A stretch of DNA of 64,000 bases from positions 620,001-684,000 of the forward strand of contig OZ025650.1 in the NCBI GenBank assembly GCA_964019335.1, given 5' to 3'. A program made the translations under genes and the position numbers. The first letter of the stretch is position 1; every line of letters starts with the position of its first letter. Origin of the DNA: Diplonema japonicum (taxonomy: Eukaryota > Protista > Euglenozoa: Diplonemea). Shown piece after piece: positions 60,298-64,000 of the stretch. The notes under the pieces were generated by a model, which made no database searches, had not been told where the DNA came from, and was given only the letters and a program-made list of their open reading frames with translations.

Positions 60298-61386
60298 ATG
60301 CCTGCAAAAGGCCAGTCCGCGAAAGACAGAAAGAAGGCGCAACGGGCTGCAGAGCTCGCGATGAAGGAGAGCATGGAGGCGTGTACAGAAGGGGAGGCGA
60401 TACTGGATAAGATCAACGTGGACAAAGGTCTTGGGGTGAACCAATTCCCAAAGGCGGTGGTGCATTTTACAAAGGCCATCGAGGGGAACCCGGGTAATGC
60501 TGCTGCGTACCTACTCCGCGCAAAGTGCATGAAGCTCACAGGGGAGTTCGAGAAGGCGATTGCCGATTACAGCAAAGCGGCGGAGATCAACCCTACGGAC
60601 CCCGATGCCTTGTCGGGCCGTTCCTACTGCCACTCGCAGATCCAGGAGTGGGACGCAACTATCGCTGACTGCACAGCTGTCATCGCCATCCAACCAGAAG
60701 ACGGAAACGCGTTCAATCTACGAGGCTACGCAAGAGCATCAAAACGTGCACCCGGCCTCAAGCTCCGTGCCATCGAATACAAACAAATTCTCGAAGACTA
60801 CACGCAAGCTGTTAGCTTAAACGACTGCAACTACCACGCCTACGCCAACAGGGGGAACGTTCGGTTCGACCGAGGAGAGTACTTCAACGCCATCGAAGAC
60901 TACTCCCGTGCATTGTTCATCAAAGACGACTATTGGTACATCCACTACAGGAGGGGCGTCGCGTACTACGAGTACGTCTTCGAAGGGATGAAACCAAAGG
61001 AGGACGAAAGCGACGAGGAGGAAAAAAAACCATCATCCAAAGCAGCTCCCTTAGACGAGAAAAAACTCAAGGAAATGTGGGAAGAAGAGTTTTGGAAAGA
61101 AGAGTACACCGCCAGGCAAGCCGAGCAACAGGAAGCCTTCCTCAACCAGGCCCTTCAAGACCTCACCACGTATATGAAACATGTTGAAAAAGAAAAAGGC
61201 GAGCCCGACACTTCAACACTTGTTCACCGGGCACATGTGTACCTGCTGCAGAGAAATTTCGATGACGCGCTGAAGGACTTTAAAAAGGCGAAAGAGTTGG
61301 ACAAGTCTTTGGAACCCCTTGTGAACCCTCAAATTGATGCTATCCGAGAACAAACAGGTGTGAAGGCTTTGGTACACGCAGAGTAA
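60298..61386 (+). CDS. Tetratricopeptide-repeat protein
   Basis: Repeated units AYLLRA..., AIADYSKAAEINP, AYANRGNVRF...AIEDYSRAL. Confidence 0.88.
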   Translation: MPAKGQSAKDRKKAQRAAELAMKESMEACTEGEAILDKINVDKGLGVNQFPKAVVHFTKAIEGNPGNAAAYLLRAKCMKLTGEFEKAIADYSKAAEINPTDPDALSGRSYCHSQIQEWDATIADCTAVIAIQPEDGNAFNLRGYARASKRAPGLKLRAIEYKQILEDYTQAVSLNDCNYHAYANRGNVRFDRGEYFNAIEDYSRALFIKDDYWYIHYRRGVAYYEYVFEGMKPKEDESDEEEKKPSSKAAPLDEKKLKEMWEEEFWKEEYTARQAEQQEAFLNQALQDLTTYMKHVEKEKGEPDTSTLVHRAHVYLLQRNFDDALKDFKKAKELDKSLEPLVNPQIDAIREQTGVKALVHAE

Positions 61387-61543
61387 CTTATTTTTTTTTG
61401 TTCTTTTTCCTCTTCCACCTCTTCTTGTGGTTTCAGTTATGTTCGTGCCGTTGAAAAAAAACAAAACAAAAAAAAAGAAACTGCATCAAAGAAGAGCAAC
61501 ACAAAAAAAAAAAAAGAGAAAGAAACTTCCCCACATGGAATGA

Positions 61544-63340
61544 ATGCAGGAGGAATGTAACGACAGGGTACAGGGAGAGGAGGAGGAGGAGAAAGTACCA
61601 ACCACCAATGCAAGTCACATACCCCCTCCCTCGCCTACTTCGCCGATATCCCCCACGCGGGTCTTGAAGCCGCATTTGACGAGAGATGTCTTGGGTTTTG
61701 TGGTCGCGAACCAAGAAGCTTACAAAAGGTGGTCTGGCAGTGCTGATCAGATAAAACTACACGAAAAGGTTGCTGAGTGCGGCGGTTGGGGAGGTTACCT
61801 GTGGACCAGGCAAGCAGAGGACCTGGAATGGTACGACGATGATACCTACTACCAAGGCCTGCAATGGATCGCAAAACAGGACAAAGTCCTTGCTGACAAA
61901 CTCCCTTCTGCAGTTGCTTCCTTCAAGGAATTGAACCGGGACCTGCCCAGAACATTCCCGCAACATATTCTAGAAGACACATTACGGTCCACCTGCCAAG
62001 ACCTCATCCAGGCCTATATCCTCCGCAACCGACAAGTGGGGTACTGCCAAGGCATGAACTACATAGCAGGTATCCTTGGGAGAATTATGCCTGTTGAGAA
62101 GGCGTTCTGGTTGTTCACATATGTTGTGGAGGTCATTGTGCCTGACTACTACCGAGGCCTGCAGGGTGTCGTCGTGGATTTGAAGGTTTTGGAAGCCATG
62201 CTGCAGCATCTCGAACCGGCTCTTTGGGAGCATCTGAATAAAGTTGGCCTGACATGCGGGCTGGCCTTCACACAGTACTTAGTCTGCCTGTTCAGCTTAG
62301 GGATGCCCCCCGAAGCTGTTTTGCAACTGTGGCAGGTTATCTTCAAAGCATTGAACCCGAGGGTGAAGCTGCTCCGTTTGACGTGCAGTCTCATGAGGTT
62401 GCTCAAGGCAGACCTGCTCTCTGCACCTGATCTAGACACTGCGATAGCAGTCTTTGCGGAGGGATCGTCTTCGCTGTACAACGCACAACGACTAGTCGAT
62501 GTGTCCTCTGTGACGGAGGAGAGCCTCTCAGACGAGTGGATCATCTCACAAAGGGAAAGCTTCTCGACCTCTGTCAGGGAGTCACAGGCTCACATCGAAC
62601 GGCTTGAGTTCATACAAAACGCGAAATTAACGCGGGTTCTGATCAAACAGGTGAAGGCAGCATGGGGGGGCGCTATGAACGACACCATTACACAGGCGCA
62701 GCTTGAAAAGCTAATTGGGGACACAGGGATCACACCGGACATCAGTTCTGCGCTTGATTGGGGCGAGCGGGAGGTCACCTTCAGAGAAATGATTCTGACA
62801 ATGGTCCTCCTTCAGGAAGGCTCGAAGGAGGAACTGCTGAAGACTGCCACTGATGTCATGGAAGATGGTGAAAACAGTGAAATCGGCGTCGCGAGGATAG
62901 CGTCAGTTAGGAGTAGGGTCAGCTTGGCCCTGTCGGCATCAGGGGGGATGGATGAGAAAGATGAAGAAGAAAAGGAACAAGCTGAATTGCGATCCAAACG
63001 GCCTTACCTCATACCTGACACCGATGTCCTCACCTGCTATCTATGCGAGAGGGAGTTCAAGTGGTTCCGCCGACGCCACCACTGCCGTGCGTGCGGCAAT
63101 GTTGTCTGCAGTACTTGTTCCCCTACCAAAGCACCCATTCTCGTCTTAGGGTACCCAGCCCCTGTCAGAATATGCCGGTCGTGTGAAGTACATTTGCATG
63201 TTTCACCAGAAGAAGAAGAAGAAGAAGAAGAAGAAGACCCCTCTTCACCCAAGAATGATTTCACGTCTCCTTTTTCCGTCGACACCGATAGCGAGGTGCT
63301 TGAAGGCAACATCGAACCAGATTTAATATTGAAAGAATGA
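61544..63340 (+). CDS. Rab-GAP TBC domain + EF-hand-like region + FYVE zinc finger
   Basis: LNRDLPRTFP (Arg finger), GYCQGMNY (Gln finger), CYLC...FRRRHHCRACGNVVCSTCS...VRICRSC. Confidence 0.92.
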   Translation: MQEECNDRVQGEEEEEKVPTTNASHIPPPSPTSPISPTRVLKPHLTRDVLGFVVANQEAYKRWSGSADQIKLHEKVAECGGWGGYLWTRQAEDLEWYDDDTYYQGLQWIAKQDKVLADKLPSAVASFKELNRDLPRTFPQHILEDTLRSTCQDLIQAYILRNRQVGYCQGMNYIAGILGRIMPVEKAFWLFTYVVEVIVPDYYRGLQGVVVDLKVLEAMLQHLEPALWEHLNKVGLTCGLAFTQYLVCLFSLGMPPEAVLQLWQVIFKALNPRVKLLRLTCSLMRLLKADLLSAPDLDTAIAVFAEGSSSLYNAQRLVDVSSVTEESLSDEWIISQRESFSTSVRESQAHIERLEFIQNAKLTRVLIKQVKAAWGGAMNDTITQAQLEKLIGDTGITPDISSALDWGEREVTFREMILTMVLLQEGSKEELLKTATDVMEDGENSEIGVARIASVRSRVSLALSASGGMDEKDEEEKEQAELRSKRPYLIPDTDVLTCYLCEREFKWFRRRHHCRACGNVVCSTCSPTKAPILVLGYPAPVRICRSCEVHLHVSPEEEEEEEEEDPSSPKNDFTSPFSVDTDSEVLEGNIEPDLILKE

Positions 63341-64000
63341 TTTTTTTTTTTCTTTTTTTTTTTCCATCCGACAATGGGAAGGTGAGAAAAAAAAAAAAAA
63401 AAGAAAGGGAGGGGTGAAAAAAAAGTGTCTTGGTTTTTTTTAAGTGTTTATTTTTTTTTTTTCCAGTTTTAATTTTATTTTTCGTGTGTGGTCTTTCCCT
63501 CTTTTTTTTTTCTCTTTGTTTTGGGTGAAATTTCTACCTTTTTTTTTTTCCCTCGTTTTTTTTCCCCCTTTCCTCTACTTTGCTATGTATCCTTGTTGCA
63601 ACCAGAGCTGAACCAGAGGGAGAAAAAAAAGAAAGTGTCAGTTGATAGCCCCCCGAGAGCCTACTGTGTAGGGAACCTATAAAAAAAAAGGAGGGGGGTA
63701 AGGGGAACCTGTTGTTGGGATGTACGCCTCGTTTGTGTATATATATTTTTTTTTTCGCACTCTGAATCATAAAAAAGAAAGAAATGGCAAAAACCCCTTT
63801 CTGGAAAACTTTTTTTTGAATAAGAGAGGGGAGGGGGGAGAGTGGAAGGGGGGGAGAGAAAAAAAATGTTTCATAAAAAAGAGAAGATAAAAAAAAAAAA
63901 CAAATCGTAACAACCATCTGTTTCCTCTTTCCTGTTTTTTCTTCTTCTTTCTTCTTCTTTTTCTTTTCTTTTCTTTCCCCTATTTTTATTCTCGAAGCGA

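Larger units (their letters stand above)
23..63340 (+). other. Unidirectional gene cluster (probable polycistronic unit resolved by trans-splicing)
   Basis: All supported genes are on the + strand over 63 kb and are functionally unrelated; many spacers are 59-200 nt. Confidence 0.8.

Noticed and set aside
562-63917. Numerous minus-strand and alternate-frame ORFs (e.g. 7302-8270, 19808-20419, 53807-54742)
   Set aside because: They are antisense or frame shadows of well-supported + strand genes and show no motifs of their own.
1-64000. CRISPR arrays, rRNA, tRNA, SL RNA genes, intact transposons
   Set aside because: No repeat-spacer periodicity, conserved RNA signature, reverse transcriptase or transposase motif was recognised.

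Overview
Eukaryotic nuclear DNA, most likely a euglenozoan and probably a diplonemid. This is inferred from three things: about 25 genes all on the + strand with spacers as short as 59 nt (a kinetoplastid-style directional cluster), WCPPC tryparedoxin-like domains, and 21 tiny GT-AG introns with a GTATG donor consensus. Recognisable genes: RPL7, JMJD7-like, nucleoredoxin/tryparedoxin-like proteins, a four-domain voltage-gated cation channel, sterol C5-desaturase, Spb4/DDX55 helicase, an RlmI-fold methyltransferase, a PTS1 acyl-CoA ligase, an HSL-family esterase, a PPAT-DPCK-HD fusion, CDC27, a TPR protein and a TBC-FYVE protein. Most noteworthy: (1) a ~5,438-aa type I surface protein built from ~45 Cys-containing ~110-aa repeats plus one LamG domain; (2) three adjacent genes that appear to have shuffled a SAP-like module and a tryparedoxin module; (3) an unusual D-D-S-D channel selectivity ring; (4) two small paralogous CCCH-like proteins of no family I recognise, set in long non-coding flanks; (5) a strong 3' bias of introns, 20 of 21 in the 3' half of the CDS; (6) homopolymer-rich spacers arranged as quasi-palindromic fold-backs; (7) a decayed NTPase plus nuclease (Crinkler/RHS-like) pseudogene. 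No tRNA, rRNA, CRISPR array or intact mobile element was recognised. All annotation is by eye, with no database searches.
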